DNA of 64,000 nt, taken from NCBI RefSeq assembly GCF_009914755.1, contig NC_060929.1. One strand, written 5' to 3'. Numbering within the stretch: the first letter of the stretch is position 1; each line of letters opens with the position of its first letter. The stretch is from the human T2T-CHM13v2.0 reference genome, Homo sapiens. The translations under genes and the position numbers were made by a program. Shown here in pieces: positions 32,425 to 47,424 of the stretch. A model generated the notes under the pieces. The model was not told where the DNA came from, did not search any database, and saw only the letters and a list, made by a program, of their open reading frames with translations.

Positions 32425-32582
32425 CAGCAGCAGCAGCACTTGGAAACTGTTAGAGAATGGAAATTCTTGGGCCCCTGATACACTGAATCAGAAACTCTGG
32501 GGGATGGGGCCCAGCCATCAGTATTTAGCAGTCTCCTTCCCCCTCAGTGATCCTGATGCATGCTCAAATTTGAGACCCACTG
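32425..32582 (+). mobile_element. MER5A-like hAT-Charlie relic
   Basis: ccagcagcagcagcacttggaaactgttagagaatggaaattcttgggcccc...actgaatcagaaactctggggg...tgatgcatgctcaaatttgagacccactg. Confidence 0.8.
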
Positions 32583-32725
32583 GGCTAAGTTTTTAAGATT
32601 ACTGGGCGTTCTTCTTCTGGGTGTGGGTTTGAGCTTCTGAGACTTCCCAATTCTTGGAAATAACACCATGCTTACGTTCATTTTTCCTCTCTACTTTTCC
32701 TCATTTTCCTTTTTATCTATAGTTT

Positions 32726-32727
<2 letters not shown>

Positions 32728-32757
<30 letters not shown>
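32728..32757. repeat. (GT)n microsatellite
   Basis: About 15 perfect GT units. Confidence 0.95.
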
Positions 32758-32760
<3 letters not shown>

Positions 32761-34104
32761 AATTAAAAATGTTACTTTAAAACACTGGAAATGAATGCAT
32801 ATAACATATTAGTTATTTTCTAAAAATAATAGGCAGATGGGTATTTTCCTTTTATTTTACAAACTCTTTATATTGTTGCTACATTTATAAGAATTAAGGC
32901 GAAAAATATATAATCAGAAAGATTCTCATCCACAAATGGTTAACAATTTAAACAATATATTTTGTCATTATAAAAGATGATTTGCCGTGGTTTATTTTCT
33001 GTAAGGTTACGATAGTTGTCATTTTACTGACGGTCTAGGAAATATCTAACACTGGCTGTGGACTTTGGATGATTTCAGCAGGACTGGCAGTGCAGGTCCC
33101 TCAAAGCATCACTCTGGGTCCACTGCTCTTCTCTGAAGCCAATACGACTGCCCTTATGGGCTCAATTATCGATGGGTGGAAAGTGGGTAGAAATGCATTA
33201 GAAAACAGGAAGAAGATATGAGGGGATTGTAAGAGAGGTGAAATAAAGAGGAAGAAAAGGCCACTCAAAAATAAGAGGAAGGGCAGTAAAAAAGTAGCAA
33301 ATGAATAATAAATGGTGAATATTTGGCATACTGCTTCTAAGTTTAAAGAAATAAAATGCCACCACAAAATGGATACTGAACTATAGTTCTCAGATCCAAG
33401 AATTTCTTAACATGGCTTCTCTAAGAACAATATTTGTTATGGAGTTTAATATCAAGTTTTTCTTGCAAAGATTTGGCAGGGTGTGGAGAAAAAGATCCAG
33501 TGGCAGAAACAGAAATGAGCAAGTCAGCCATAGACTTCCCAGTTTTTTATGGGAGCAATATATACCAACATATTTGAGTGATATAAGGACATATATTTCA
33601 GTTTAATATTTATTAGGCTTGCCAATGCCTGCAGTTACTGCTAAAGGAATCTCTAAGAATACCTTAGCCACTTACATACAAACTGCTTAGATTTAGAGCA
33701 AATCATTTAAAATGACTGCTTTTTGGAGTATCACTTAGCTGTAGATGTTTCTACAATTTACTTGTGGCTTCTTTTCTAATTAAAGATCTCAGAAATCTCA
33801 ATCATGAATTTGTACCATGCGTATAAAACATGGGAGGCTGAACTTAGGATCCTCATGTCTCAGAACCTGCATTCTTAAATTTACGAAAAATTTATATTCC
33901 TTTTTCTCCTCGATGTTTTGAAATCAGTCTATTTCTATCCTGTTTTTCCCCTAACTTTTCTATTCTCTTTCTAACCTTTCTCTGTTTTACTTTCTTGCTT
34001 TTGTTTATCCATTCATCACCTCCAAATCTTTCTGACCCGCTCTTACATAATTTATTCTTTTCTCTTTTCCCTATATTTCATATTTATTACATTATATGAT
34101 ATTT

Positions 34105-34235
34105 GACGTGGTCATAGGATTACTTATCATCGAACCAGGCACAGAGTAAGCAGGATAACTACTTACAACTATACTAGGAAAACAGTAACATGTAAATTGG
34201 AGCTATCCTGGATAGATGGGGAAATATGGCAATGG
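34105..34235 (+). mobile_element. Possible MER94-like hAT-Blackjack relic
   Basis: gtggtcata...ttatcatcgaaccaggcac...catgtaaattggagctatcctgg...atatggca resembles the recalled consensus; diverged. Confidence 0.4.
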
Positions 34236-36003
34236 GTACAATGGAGGAAAGGTAGAATTTAGTTTCATTTCTTTATCTACCACTTTTTAGCTGTGTGACC
34301 CATGAAGAAGTGATTCAACTGCTTTAGGGTCAAGTATTTTTTATCTGTCAATTAAAAGAGTTGACGTCAAATGTCCAAGCTCCATGTTAGTTGTTATTAT
34401 TATGATTTAATGTTTTCTTACTGGAGATATCAGATCGTCTCTTCTACTTATGTTGCATTTTAGGACTGTCCTCATCAGCAGATAAATTCATGGATTTTTA
34501 AAGGGATAATATCAATAATGCTTGTTTAAGTAGCAATTCAATTTACTTACTGTTTTTGGCTGTTGCTCTTTGCTAGCTCTCTCTCTCAGACAATATTGAC
34601 AGGGTTTGAGACAAACTCAGCAACCTTTCACCTAATCGAAGTGCATTTGCTCAGGCTGCTCACTGGCCCCTTAGAACCTGCTTTAGGTAATGCTTGAGAT
34701 GGGGGTTAGACTTCTCCAAAACCAGCTTTTTAAGTGGATTCTGCAATAGTTTTGTTTATTTGTTGATTTTCTAAAACACATATAAAAGGCCTATCTGAGC
34801 AAAAGCACATGTCATATTTTGTGTTTATAATGTTCATGTCCACAGCCTTTAATCAAATATTTAGGGTATATGGGGAAAGCAGTACATATATATACTAATA
34901 AATGCAGGGACCACATATTTCTTGCCTCTGAGTAACTAAAAGTCTGGAATACCTATAGATAGTATTTAGCATGTTTCTGTAGGTATTCTCACTATCTACT
35001 AAAAAATTTTTCAGTTACATGAGATTTCATATAGGTTTTTATGGGCATGTGTTCCATAATTAATAGTCTGTTTCCGGACCAGATAGTTGAGGAAGTCAAT
35101 AAATAAATATTAAGCAATAAATTTTGATGATGATGGTGACATTAAAAGGAAATAAACGTCTTATCTTCCCCTGTGTTTATCTTTGGAAAACTGATCCTAT
35201 TTTTTATGCCCTAAAATCATAATTTTACCCTAGAACACTAAAAACTAGACAACCAATATGAATATTATGTTGTGATGCTATTAAAAATGCAGCCTTCATA
35301 GGCTGAAGAAGAAAACATCTATATTCTATCATTATACACAAAGATCATCAAAAATAAAATCACCTCATGAACAATTATTAAAAGATAATTAAATCTGTCA
35401 GAATATAAATAAGCAGTACTGCCACTTCTCAGGCTAACTCATAATTTCTTTGTGGTTTAATATGCTAAATGCTGCCATGATATATTGGCTTTATAAGAAA
35501 TACTCTTTAATGGGTATGCTTGTTAGACATACTCATATAGGAAAGACATTTTATAAATTCACTCATTCTTGATTCTGTGATCAAAAATCTGAGTAACATC
35601 AATAACAAAGCATTGTATTAAATAATATAAAATTAGACCTTTAAAATATTTTCTTAATGTATAAAATCGAATGACTCATTATTATGATCAGTAATAGTAA
35701 ATGAATTTTGAATCTTGACAAGGAATTTGGCACTAAATTAAGAACTCTACAAATGTATACATGACTTATTCCCTAGTGAATTGGAATTTAAATAGAAGGA
35801 ACCTAAACGGAGGCATTTTAAAGCCATCAGAAGGCCCCTTGTAACCAATTATGTATAATTTTGTCTGAAACATTCTAAAGGAATGTTCTGGGAATTATCA
35901 ACAGCTTAGATTGCTATCTCATTGTTTCTTATCAAGCACAAATAAAAAATGGACACAAACAAATAAAACAACTCTCATTTAAAATTACTTTTTTACATCA
36001 TTT

Positions 36004-36230
<227 letters not shown>

Positions 36231-36317
36231 ATACATCATTTGAAATATATAGAATAACTCTCCTCTTCATATTATAATGTACAAACAAAATTAAGAATTT
36301 TTAGGAAATTCAGAATT

Positions 36318-36332
36318 GGTCAGGCGTGGTGG
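36318..36332 (+). mobile_element. 15-nt Alu-end-like fragment between 15-bp direct repeats
   Basis: ggtcaggcgtggtgg vs Alu start GGCCGGGCGCGGTGG; flanks aggaaattcagaatt / aggaaatttagaatt. Confidence 0.6.
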
Positions 36333-39300
36333 AGGAAATTTAGAATTTAGAATTTTTAGGACTGCTTTTAAATGTAGGTTATATAAAAATGAGTTTAGAC
36401 TCTTGTGCTCATATGCACACAACTAAATGAATACAAACCTCCTAGTTACAGGTTTTATAATTTGAAACAAGAGTTTTTAAAATAAGATTTCTAGCACTAG
36501 GGTTTATATGGGTAGGAAATTGATCATTACGTCAGTTTCAACTAAATGCATTTGAAATTGTTTTTAATTGAGCCAGCAAAACAATATTTTAAGATTCCAT
36601 TTCATTAAAATTTTAAATCTCTTTAAAAGTTCAAAATTTCAACAGCTGTCAGTTAAACATTTCATTAACGTTGGATCTAAAAATACAACCGCAAAACATC
36701 TACATGACAGCTTTGGTGCCATCACAAATATGTAAAAAGTTTTCTACATATTGCAAAAACACTAAGCTCACCACTGCATCCCATGTGTCATTCTAAAGTA
36801 GTTAATGAACAACAAGAATCAGGCAACTCACACATATTTTAAAAAGTCACCAGACTCTGAGAAGGCATAGGAAGATTTTTAAATATGTGTCAATTCTGAT
36901 TTTGTACTACATACAATGAAAAGTTTTATGATCATCGATTTACTGTGGTACCTAGTTATACTAAGTCATAATAAAAATAAAAATAATATATTAATGGTTT
37001 TTAGCAGCAGAAACTTCTGTTCTCTCCAATGCACTTCATGCAGTCAATCCTCATCTCCGTTGGCTGAGTCTTTTCAGGTATCTTCCAAGATCCTTACGAA
37101 AGTTTACTATTTGTCCCCATCCTACGTCAAAACATGACCTCATCAGAATTCAGTTCATTGGTATATAAGTAACAAAGTGTGTTCCAGCCAAAAGGGCTGT
37201 GTCTACACAGCTCAAAAAAGGGAAAATACAATATCTTCCAATTAATTTAGCAAATATTGACCTCTAAGCTCATTAAATTGAGTTTCCAAATTGGTTTTGT
37301 GATGCAGGATATAGCCCAATAATTCATCCTAATAGGTTTTTAAATTATAATGATCTTTGAAGGTGTTTTTTAAGCTTTTAAAACTAAATAATTCTCATTT
37401 ACAACTTCTTTGGCTCAGGAATTTGTTCATCCTGAAAACACATAAAATCATTTAATCAACTTTCTTTATAGGCATGGAATCTTAGCTAGAAACTACTGCT
37501 GTAGACTTCAAAAATATCTACATAATTTGTAGCTTTCTTTTATGAAGAACAAAAGATTTTAAAACTTTTATATAAGTATCAAAGCTTTCCATTGACTCAG
37601 AATGAAATAAATATACATGAGTAAAATACATAACAATATGGGCACTATTGTCCTAAGAATGAGGGAAGCTGGGTATAAAAAGTCTCAGGTTTTACATTGT
37701 TCTAAATACTACAAAATTACCAGCTCCACGTCTCTCTCACAGATCCTCCCTTTCAACCTGGTCTCCAAATTCCCATCATTACAGTTACCAGTATAAAGTT
37801 CCCCAAGGTTGTTTCCATTTCAAATGTGATCATGTTTTTGTGAAGTATTATGGTAGTGAGGGCAGTGTAGAGGTGGCAGAGTTCCTGGGTGAGTACTAAC
37901 AAAGTTAAGAGGAAACGAGCAGCTACGAAAAACTAAGCTTCTCTCTTCCATAATTTTCACAGAAAGCAATGGTAGTGCCATGAGCAATTACATAAAAGAC
38001 TGGAATTCTCATCAGTGTTGGGCAAATGACAGTTGAGGATAATGTGCCTACAGCTGAGGATAATGTGACCTTTGAATAATCTCTTATACCTCGTTAACTT
38101 TAGCAGGTACACAGATACATTTAGATCTGGATGATGAAGTGTAATCCTAAAAATACAGAACCTGGAAAGCAAGGGAAGTGGTGACATTGTGCACTTCTTC
38201 AAAAAGGAACTGCTATCTAAAAATTGTAGAAAAACCTCACATACACAGCTGCCAGTCATCACTCTCAGAGGTTAGTAATAACTGCACACCTCAAAGTAAG
38301 TCTTAGTGAGCACAGTACTGCAAATACTGAGAGAATACTGACCATATAAATGTCATGGGAAATAGAATGTAGATCTGAGATGGACTTCTAACAGTGTACA
38401 TTCTCAGTAGGCAATTGTTTAAAAAACAGGGCCCCTACTGCTGAGAAGCAAACAGAAAAGAACAAGAGCAAAACAAAGAGGGAGAAGCAGACTGCGGGGA
38501 GGAGGAGGGGGCAGAAGGAGGAGGAAGATAGCAACTGAAAAGAGGCCAAGGAGTAGTGTTCTTTAGTGGTAATGAACATCTGCGAAGAGACCAGCAGCAT
38601 GGCCCCTGAGAATGGGAGCAATGACTTGAAGGATAAGCATTACAATAGGGAAAAACAACACCAGATAGGCTAAGTGAACAATCTGAGCATATCCAAAGAG
38701 AGAAATTCCAGCCTTACATATCTCAGGGGCACCTAAATTATGTACTGTGCCAAATGAAGCTGTCATTCAAACAATTATCCATTGAGAATCCACCTTACAC
38801 CAGGCAAGTAGAAATAAGGCTCAGCTTCAGATCCCAAAGCAGGTACCCTCAAGATAGGCTGGGAAGCAATATAAAAGAACAGGGTGGCAAGTGCATATAG
38901 GCATACTCAGGATACTATTGGAAAAAGAAGAGGGGCACTCCAGCATGCAGTCGGAATGGTGCCCACTAAAACTGTGCAGAGTGGCAGGCTTGGCAGGCAC
39001 CTAACCCAGCCTGGCTGGCAGGATATAGAAACGGTTTCAGAAAGGTGATCGTTCAGCTGGGCTGAAAGACAAACAGGAGATAGAGAAGAGGGGAAAGGAT
39101 ATTGCTGCTTAATCATATGAACTGTGAGGGAGCTTGGCCTGCTTGTGTGACTACATGGAGCTCGTGTAGTTGGAGAGTGGGGTGATCATAGTAGAGTGGC
39201 TGGAGGTGAGATTGGACAGGGAGTCAGGGGCAAGACAAAAAGGCCTTGAACATAAAATTAATGAGAACTTTTCCTAGTGCAATCAGGCATTCCAACCAGT

Positions 39301-39798
39301 GCCACATCACTGCAGGTTACTTACTTTATCTTTACATACCTCATAAGAAGATATAACTGTGTACAAAGTACACAGTACAAAGAGGGATCTTCTCAATCTG
39401 ACATGCATACTCTGTTTACTAGGGAAGATGCATGTAGAACACACTTTTAAAGACTTCCAATTTTTTATAGAGATAAAATATAAAGATTTCAAAATACAAT
39501 GGGTTAGCCTTTAGCTATTGGATTCTCACTCATTCTTTAGTAAGGGCAGATTAACATAGCTATTGTTATAAATTCAGTGATCAGTGTAATCATTTCTACA
39601 TTTAATATTAATACATTTTCATAATTGGTTATATCAAAAGATTGTCAAGCCACATACTTTAAAATGGTACTGGAAAAATGGCATGGGATTTGATAGCAGA
39701 ATCCAGCTCATTGTCTGCATGTGTAACTACTAGAATGCAAGCTCCAGGAGGGTAGAAACTATGTTTACTACTATGTCCTCTGACACACTGTAGAAGCT

Positions 39799-39963
39799 CA
39801 GGGATGCTATGTATGCCTCTGTGGCTTTGCACTGCACACTGCAGGATAAATGGAAGCCTCCAGAATTGCACAGTATACAACCTGCACAACCGTATGCTGC
39901 AGACTTCTAGATATTGTTCAGTACACAACCTGTAAAACTATATGCTGCAAACTTCTAGATATT
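39799..39963 (+). mobile_element. MER91-like hAT relic with a 48-bp tandem duplication of its end
   Basis: cagggatgctatgta...tgcactgcac...cacagtatacaacctgcacaaccgtatgctgcag; units 39865-39912 and 39913-39960. Confidence 0.6.
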
Positions 39964-42900
39964 AGACATCACACACACACACACAACTCATTGAATAAAT
40001 CATCACATTTCATACAACTGTAAAAAAATCATTTGATTCTCAAACTATTAATGAAGCATCTAAAACATTTTGACCCCGTGCTAATGTTACAAAAGTGTAA
40101 ACTTCCTGAGGACAAGGACCATATTTTATTAGTCTTTATACTCCTGGATTTATTGGTCCTTCTAATCTTGAGTTTTCGTGAGTGTTCAATGAATGAATAA
40201 GGAGATTGGCGTTTCTGTAGTTCTAAACATAGCTGTATATGAGAGTGAACTAGAGGTAACTGGAGTTGTCTGAAGTAGTTACTAAGGGAACTCAGTTACT
40301 CCATTATTGGAGTTGATTGGTGTGACCTTTTCTCTCTTGTCGGTGCCTCAATCTGAACTTGTCAAGGGCAAATCTTCCAAATATGTGCTGCTTATTTGAA
40401 GAGAATAACGTACTCTGATAGAAAAGGACCATTTTTGGCCAAGAGCATATGACTATCTATACTTTCTTGCAAGTATTTCCACACAAGTTCTCGAAGTCCA
40501 TTTGTAGGAGAACATAAAGCATATGTGCTTTTGATTTTCACCGTCATTTCCTGCTAAATTTCTCTACCCTGGCACACTGGAGATTATTTGAAATTGTACT
40601 ATCACCAATGACGGAGCCAAAACAACAATTAGAGATATAAAATGTAGCCAAAAAAAAAAAAAAAAAAAAAAGAAATGTCAAGACTTGAGGTCAAATTACC
40701 GATCTCATTTCTTCCTACTTGCTAATTTAAAATTTGCCTAAGAATTGTGCCCGTTGATCCACTCCTGGCATAATTAACCTACCTGTCTTAAAAGGAGAAA
40801 ATTATGACAGGTAAAACAACGAAACAGCTGTTGCTAGAGGTGAAAAGGTAGAAGAGGGAACAAGACCAGCCTGTCAAATAGAATCAGTTCTAGTGAGGCT
40901 TTCTGAATTCTGCTTGTCCTTTCTTGCCAGGCTTATGGAAACTTCCTTTGGTTTGGCTGAGAGACAAAGTTAGTGAAATCCACATATGTTCATTCTTATC
41001 TTAGTTGGCAATAGTGATAGCAACAATAAAGTAAGAAGGATCAATGTCGCTAAACTTCAGATAGTATGTTTTAGTGATGAATTAATTCAGAGACAGCCAT
41101 GCCACCTTTTCATTCTGCTAATGCTGACTAAAATTGTAATACATCAAATTCAACACAAACACACACACATATCTCATCCCCTTCACTGTATAGCCCCCAG
41201 CACCTGCCGCCCACCTGCCGTTTTGGAGGCAGCAAGTGAATTTAGAAAAGTTCTCTAAATCTGCACTGCTGGGCCAATGGGTGGGAGTAGACAGTACAGC
41301 AGGTGGGGTGCAAAGTGACAGAAAACAAAAGAAGGTCACTTAAATTTCAGGGAGTTCAAGAGCAGGATAAGGTTTATTTCCTCTACATCTGGAAGGGTGT
41401 GTTGTTTCTCCATTCCTGAATTTCAAGGAAAGAATTTTTATTCTGTAAAAATGCCATTGCTAAAAATAAACAACAATAACAGAAGTTAATAGGTGGAACT
41501 GGCTGTTTGGAAGTGAAGGTGACAGGTATTTTGGAATATAAAACAAAAGGAAATGCACTCAAAAATTACGAAATATGTAAAACAAAACTGATATAAGGAA
41601 GAGCAAGTGGTATTTATAAAGCAAACCTCTCCTCAAAATCCACAGGAAATCAGGAAAAGAAAATGATTCATTTAATTTCAGTGCTGGTGTAGTCAAAATC
41701 AATTTTTAAAAACTGCAAAAAATGGCAAATTTTCTCTCAGTATATAGTGAATGGCCTAAGGAAACATCTGCCGTTCCTCTCATGGAGGAGAATACAGTAG
41801 TCTTCAGTTACGAACCTCTTGACCACAATTTGCATTTTCTAGTGATAGTTTAGGAAGGTCTTTTCAAAATAAGCCTCTCAGCAAGAGCATAAATTTCTGT
41901 TCAGGCATATGCATAAACAATATAAATAGCTACTTGCTGGCATCATGTTCAAAACATTCATTCAACAATGTTTTAGGAGCAAGTACATAAAATGGAATCT
42001 GTGTCCCTGAATATCTCTCACCATTATAGCATCTAAACAAGGAATGACCTCTTTAAATCTGAATCTCAGCATTTGGTGTCACACTAATGTGATGAGATAC
42101 TCAACTTTGCTAATTAAAATGCAACTGACTTGACGAGAGTAATGTCCACATTGTATTATTAATCCTTGTATCTCCAGCACATATGCTGAAAAAATTTCTT
42201 CATAACTGTTTTGCAAGTTATATCTGTTAATTGTAACATTTTAACATATCCTATTCCTTCATTTACATATTGGGGGGAAAATGAGAGTATCAGAAGGATG
42301 GAATATCCCATTGTTTTTGCTCTTTGGTGTTAGCATATTTAAATTCTGGAAATGCATTTATATAGAACATTCTGAGTTATTGTTCTTGTACTGAAACATC
42401 AAAAGGCTGTTTTGACTCTCTTGGTTTTCTTAAGATATAAGCATTGGATAGACAAGAATTTCTATGACACAAAATAGGCCATGTGGGATGAGGTAAATTT
42501 GCTTTCATATCTGCCCATTCCTTCCTTTGTCTCAACCTTTTTGTCTTTTCTCTTTTTAGAACACTCTGGTATCCAGGACATTCTAGCTATGCATGCATCT
42601 ACACTTTCAGGATTTCTGGTCAGACCCAAGTGTTAGCTCCTTCCTGATCCTCTCCCATTGAAACCATCATTTTCTTTGCCTTTAGTCTTCTGATACTCTC
42701 TTGCTTCTCCACTAATGCCTTTGACTTAAAGGTTTATTTTCTATAGTGTACATTTTAGGCATGGGAGAACTATTTTGTCCAAGGAGTCATCCCAGTGATC
42801 ACTGACACACCATCCACTTTGGCTGCCTCTCATGAGGCACCAGGCTCCACATATCCCGATGTAGCAGCAGAGCTCCTGCCATTCTCTATTTAGTTCTCTT

Positions 42901-43147
42901 CACATGTTAAACTTTTCAATACCCACAATAGATCTGGCATGAGCTGACTGGCACAGTCCCCACTTTAAGAAGTCCTCATTCTCAGTCGTAAAATGAAGTT
43001 GCTTCAAAACACTAGCGTAATTGCCAAATCAAATTCTTTCCAATAATTAAATGCACATGAAAAGCAAATGGATGTTGACCTCTTTTGTGGGCATTCACGA
43101 TTTTGGAAAATTTCCTGTGCTAGTATTTGCCAAATGCAGCTTTTGAT

Positions 43148-43179
<32 letters not shown>

Positions 43180-46100
43180 CACTTTGGAGAATGAGTATTT
43201 GAGGAAAGCTTATTTAAATGGAAGACATTAATACAGACTGAAGAGAGAAGAGACAATAACTCTAGAAAATGATGCATTCAGGGAAACGGTGGACAGAAAA
43301 CGAACTCTTCTATCACCCTCTGCTATGTACAGTGAGAAAGAGCTACTAAAAATTCCTCTAATAAAGCCATAAACAAAGAAAACTAAACTGAAGACCATGT
43401 CAATATGCATTTGTCAACAATGCCCATTTGGTCCATATTTGATGAGGCTGAGCAGAACCTTGGGAACTTAAATTCAATGCTCCGTATTGAGGCTTAAGTA
43501 CAATTCTTAGTACATGCATTGTATTTGCACAGGCAAAATTCCATTTAGAATGAACTTGCCTGGAGGATTTGCAAAGCCTACAATAGGTGCATAGTCTACC
43601 TTATTTAAATTTACTCAGTCCATTGACCAATCAATCCCAAGTATTAGGCTCCTGTTTGTAGGAAATTTCCATTTTTCATGATAAAATTATTTTGGCTATT
43701 CTTCCTATTTGGAAGGGTAGGGTGAGGAGCGTTAGGGATCGGTGGATTTAGCTAAGACCAAAGTTGAATATGCTGAGCACCTAAATAATGACTGTTCTCC
43801 TTGCCAAACTGCTACATACACATAGCTCGTGTATTAATGAAAATCAGAGTTATGAACATTTGCATAATGAAGATTACTAATATTACTGGCTTGTCCTATG
43901 TTTCCCTGGAAATATAGGCAGCTACATAAATGAACATTTTCATTAATAAAAGGCCTTATAACTGAACTACAACTTTTTTTTCACTCCCCAGACAAGAAGA
44001 ATACAAGGGAAAAAGGAGTCTCTGGAAGGGAATTAGAGTGCCCACAAAACCAACTTCAATAACTTCACTATTTTGCCTGGGGCAGGCTGCAGTGGAATGA
44101 TAATATCAAGGGCACATATGGGGTGATTTTAGACTTGACAGTGAAATCAAATGTGCAGAATAGGCTAAATAATGGCCAATTTTCTCAGAAAGGGAGAGAT
44201 TTTTTTATTTACTACATACCCCCAGTTATTTAAAATTTATTATACAGTGATTTTACTATAGAAGTTTGTGTGTGTGTGCATGCACCTATAAAAGTAAACA
44301 AATCAGATAGTTTACACACACATGCCCCAAATTAATGGCTAATTCTAAACCCAAATATATAAACTTAAAATTTTTTCATTGGATTTATATAGAATTTTTC
44401 CTTCTGAAGGGTCAGAGATAGGAAATTTTATATGAACAAACAAAATATCTCATTGCTATTCATTCTTTCTTAGCTTCAAAGCTAAAGAGCTAATGTTATT
44501 TTACATTTACAGTATTATTAGTGCACTGCTTTCTTCAAAGAGCTATTTTCTGGAAGACCACCCAGAAGTTTCAACTAATTGAGGAGGCAATCTTCAGTTT
44601 ACTTAAATAGGAAGGCTACGTGGGACACATTCCTGGCATCAGTACTCCTCTGTCATATCTGTTTGTGCTGGATATAATGCAAAGGACAATGTTAAATTCT
44701 GAAAATACCCTAGACTGTTTCCCCCCATCAAACAACCAAAGCAAAAAATAGTTAATTTCTGATACCTTTTTCAGAAAGATTGTTTTATAATCTGGGCTTT
44801 GAAAATTCCAGGAAAAATGAGCCACCCAAGGCGATCATAAAAGCCAAAGTTACAGATGTAGAAACAGGTTTTTTAGTAGTGTGATGTATTTCTGAGATTG
44901 TTGAAAGTGTAAGATGTTATTTGAAGTGGCACAGAATTAGCTGTTTGGTCACGGGAGAAACATCTGTAAATGGGAACTAAAAGGTTTTATGAACAATTCT
45001 TTGAGAAATATGTTGGAATCTAGAATAAGTAAGATTGGGGTAATTTATATGTGGAGATATGTTAATTCTATTTTCACAGATTTCATTGTAACATGCTATG
45101 GTTTATTAAATGGGTTTTATATATTTAAAGAGTCACATATTTTTCTTTTCAGATAAGGCCTTTCCATTTTTATCTGCTAATTTATGAATTTGCGCACCCC
45201 TGATTTTCTCTTCCTTAGGGAAAAAAATATCTGACATAATTTCAATATTGTTAAAGACATTGAAAACTATTTATATGGTGATTATATATTCAGGCATATT
45301 ATTATGATCAATTACCAAATCTAGTCCTTTAATACTATCCTGAGTATTTTATTAAAATAAGTCGCATATTTTTATTAGTTTTATATGAATGCATGTGTTA
45401 TTTTAGAGAAACTAGAAAAATGAAGAAAAGCAAAACTATGAAAATAAAACCACCTAGGACTTCTGTTTCTGATCAAGATGAAGTAAGATGAGCAGTATTT
45501 ACTCTTCTGTCTCAAACAACTAAAAAGATAATGGACAAAATACAGAAAAAACCAGACACTCAAGATATTGGACATCAGGCAAAGAACAGTAACTTCTGAT
45601 TATTAGAAAACAAATGAGGTGAGTCATATAATTTATTGCCGAAAGAAAGTTTTCATACAGTACAGGAAGAAGGAACCTACCTAGAGCCTGTTCAAAAACT
45701 TGAGCTGAGGCGTTGAGAGCCAAGAGTTCTGAAAATTGACGGTTCCTAGAGGTTGCAAGGCAGAATAATAGAAATGAGAGGAAAGGAGAGAGTGACACAG
45801 AGTTAACTTAGGATGTTTAGAGTTTTCTCCTAGAATATTCAGTTAAGGACTGACCAGTGCATATGTGTGAGAAATCTATCCAAGTCTAAGGAAAAAATGA
45901 TCCTAAAGGATTAGTCTTCACCCAGCACTGGAATAGCACCTGTTTCCAACAGGCAGTCTAAAAAGCCTCATAATTCTTGGAGAAGGTTTAAAATCTTAAG
46001 ATGAATCTTTACTCGCTAGTGGAGGGAAAAGTAATACTAAACTTAAGACAGCTCTAGGACCACCTAACAAAATTTAAAAGAGTGACCTGAAAGAATCAAA

Positions 46101-47424
46101 CTGTTTCTAAGTACCTTAACCATATCTCTGAACAACGTATAGTAATATTTGTAGGAATAAGTAGTATCCAGCCTTAATTAAACAAGGTAAAATTTAAAAC
46201 ATACGGAATCCAACAGAAAGCTACTGGGCTTACAAAGAAGCAGGGCATACCAATAATAATAGTAATAATAATAATAAAGAGAAAACTTAGTCAATGGGCA
46301 GACCCAGAAATTATAAAAATGATAGTAGATACGGATGATAGAAACAGTAGATAAGAACATTAAAATGCTATTATATCTATATTTCAAATGTTCAAGAAGC
46401 TAGAAGAATTATTGAATATGTTACATATAGAGGCATGAAAAAGACATTTACAACCAGCCTATATAAAACATTTAGAGATGAAAATGACATTGTCTAAGAT
46501 AAAAAAAAATTGAATGGGATTAATGGCAGGTTAAACAATTCAGGATAAAAGATGAGTGAAGTTGAAGATGTTGCAATAATCAAAACTGTCCAAAATGAAG
46601 CAGGGAGAAGAAAAATGACTGAAAACTAAAAAGGAAAAGAGCATCACTAAACTGTGGGACAACTTAAGTGGCCAAAACATACGTAATTGGAGTCTCCAAA
46701 AGAGAGAAGGGGCAGAAAAAAATTTGAAGAAGTAATGACTGAAAACTTTCAAATTTGATAAAAATTACAAACTTACAGACCCAAGAATTTCAGCAAATAT
46801 TCTAGCACAAGAAACATGCAGAAAATTAAACCAAAACCCTCAATAATGAAACTGCTTAAAACCAGTGGTAAAGAGAAAATCTGAAAGAAAGGAAGAAAAA
46901 GACCCATTATTCACAGAGGAATAAAGGTAAAGATGAAGGCTGATTTCTTGTCTGAGACAAAGCAAGCAAGAAGACTGTGGAATGAGATCTTTAAAGTACT
47001 GAAAGAAAACTGTCCACCTAGAATTCTTTACTCTGCAAAAATATGTCTCATAGACAAAGGCAAATAAAGACTTTGTTAGACATACAAAGCTAAAATAATT
47101 CATCAATAGCCTACACAGAAATAAATATTTAAGAAACTTCTTCATGCAGAAGAAAAATGATAACAGTTGGTAAACTGGATTTATGCAAAGAATGAAGAGC
47201 ACTGACTATACTAACTATAAGTAAGCACATTTTTCTCATTATGTAAATGTTTTTCAAAGATAATTGAAACCTTAAGGTAAAAATGATATGAATGTACGGT
47301 GGGGTTTTATATTTAGAAGCAAAATGCATGACAACTGCATAACAACATTTGTACAAAGACCATGTCTAAGGGTAATAGAAATATGTCATTGGAAGGTTCT
47401 TATATTAATACTTTACATGAAGTA

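Noticed and set aside
43149-43179. Isolated poly-T (and poly-A at 40649-40671) as solo retro-tails
   Set aside because: No convincing flanking TSD
40500-43500. SOX9-type AACAAT/ACAATG motifs as a cartilage enhancer
   Set aside because: Such 6-mers are expected by chance in AT-rich DNA; cannot be supported without conservation or ChIP data
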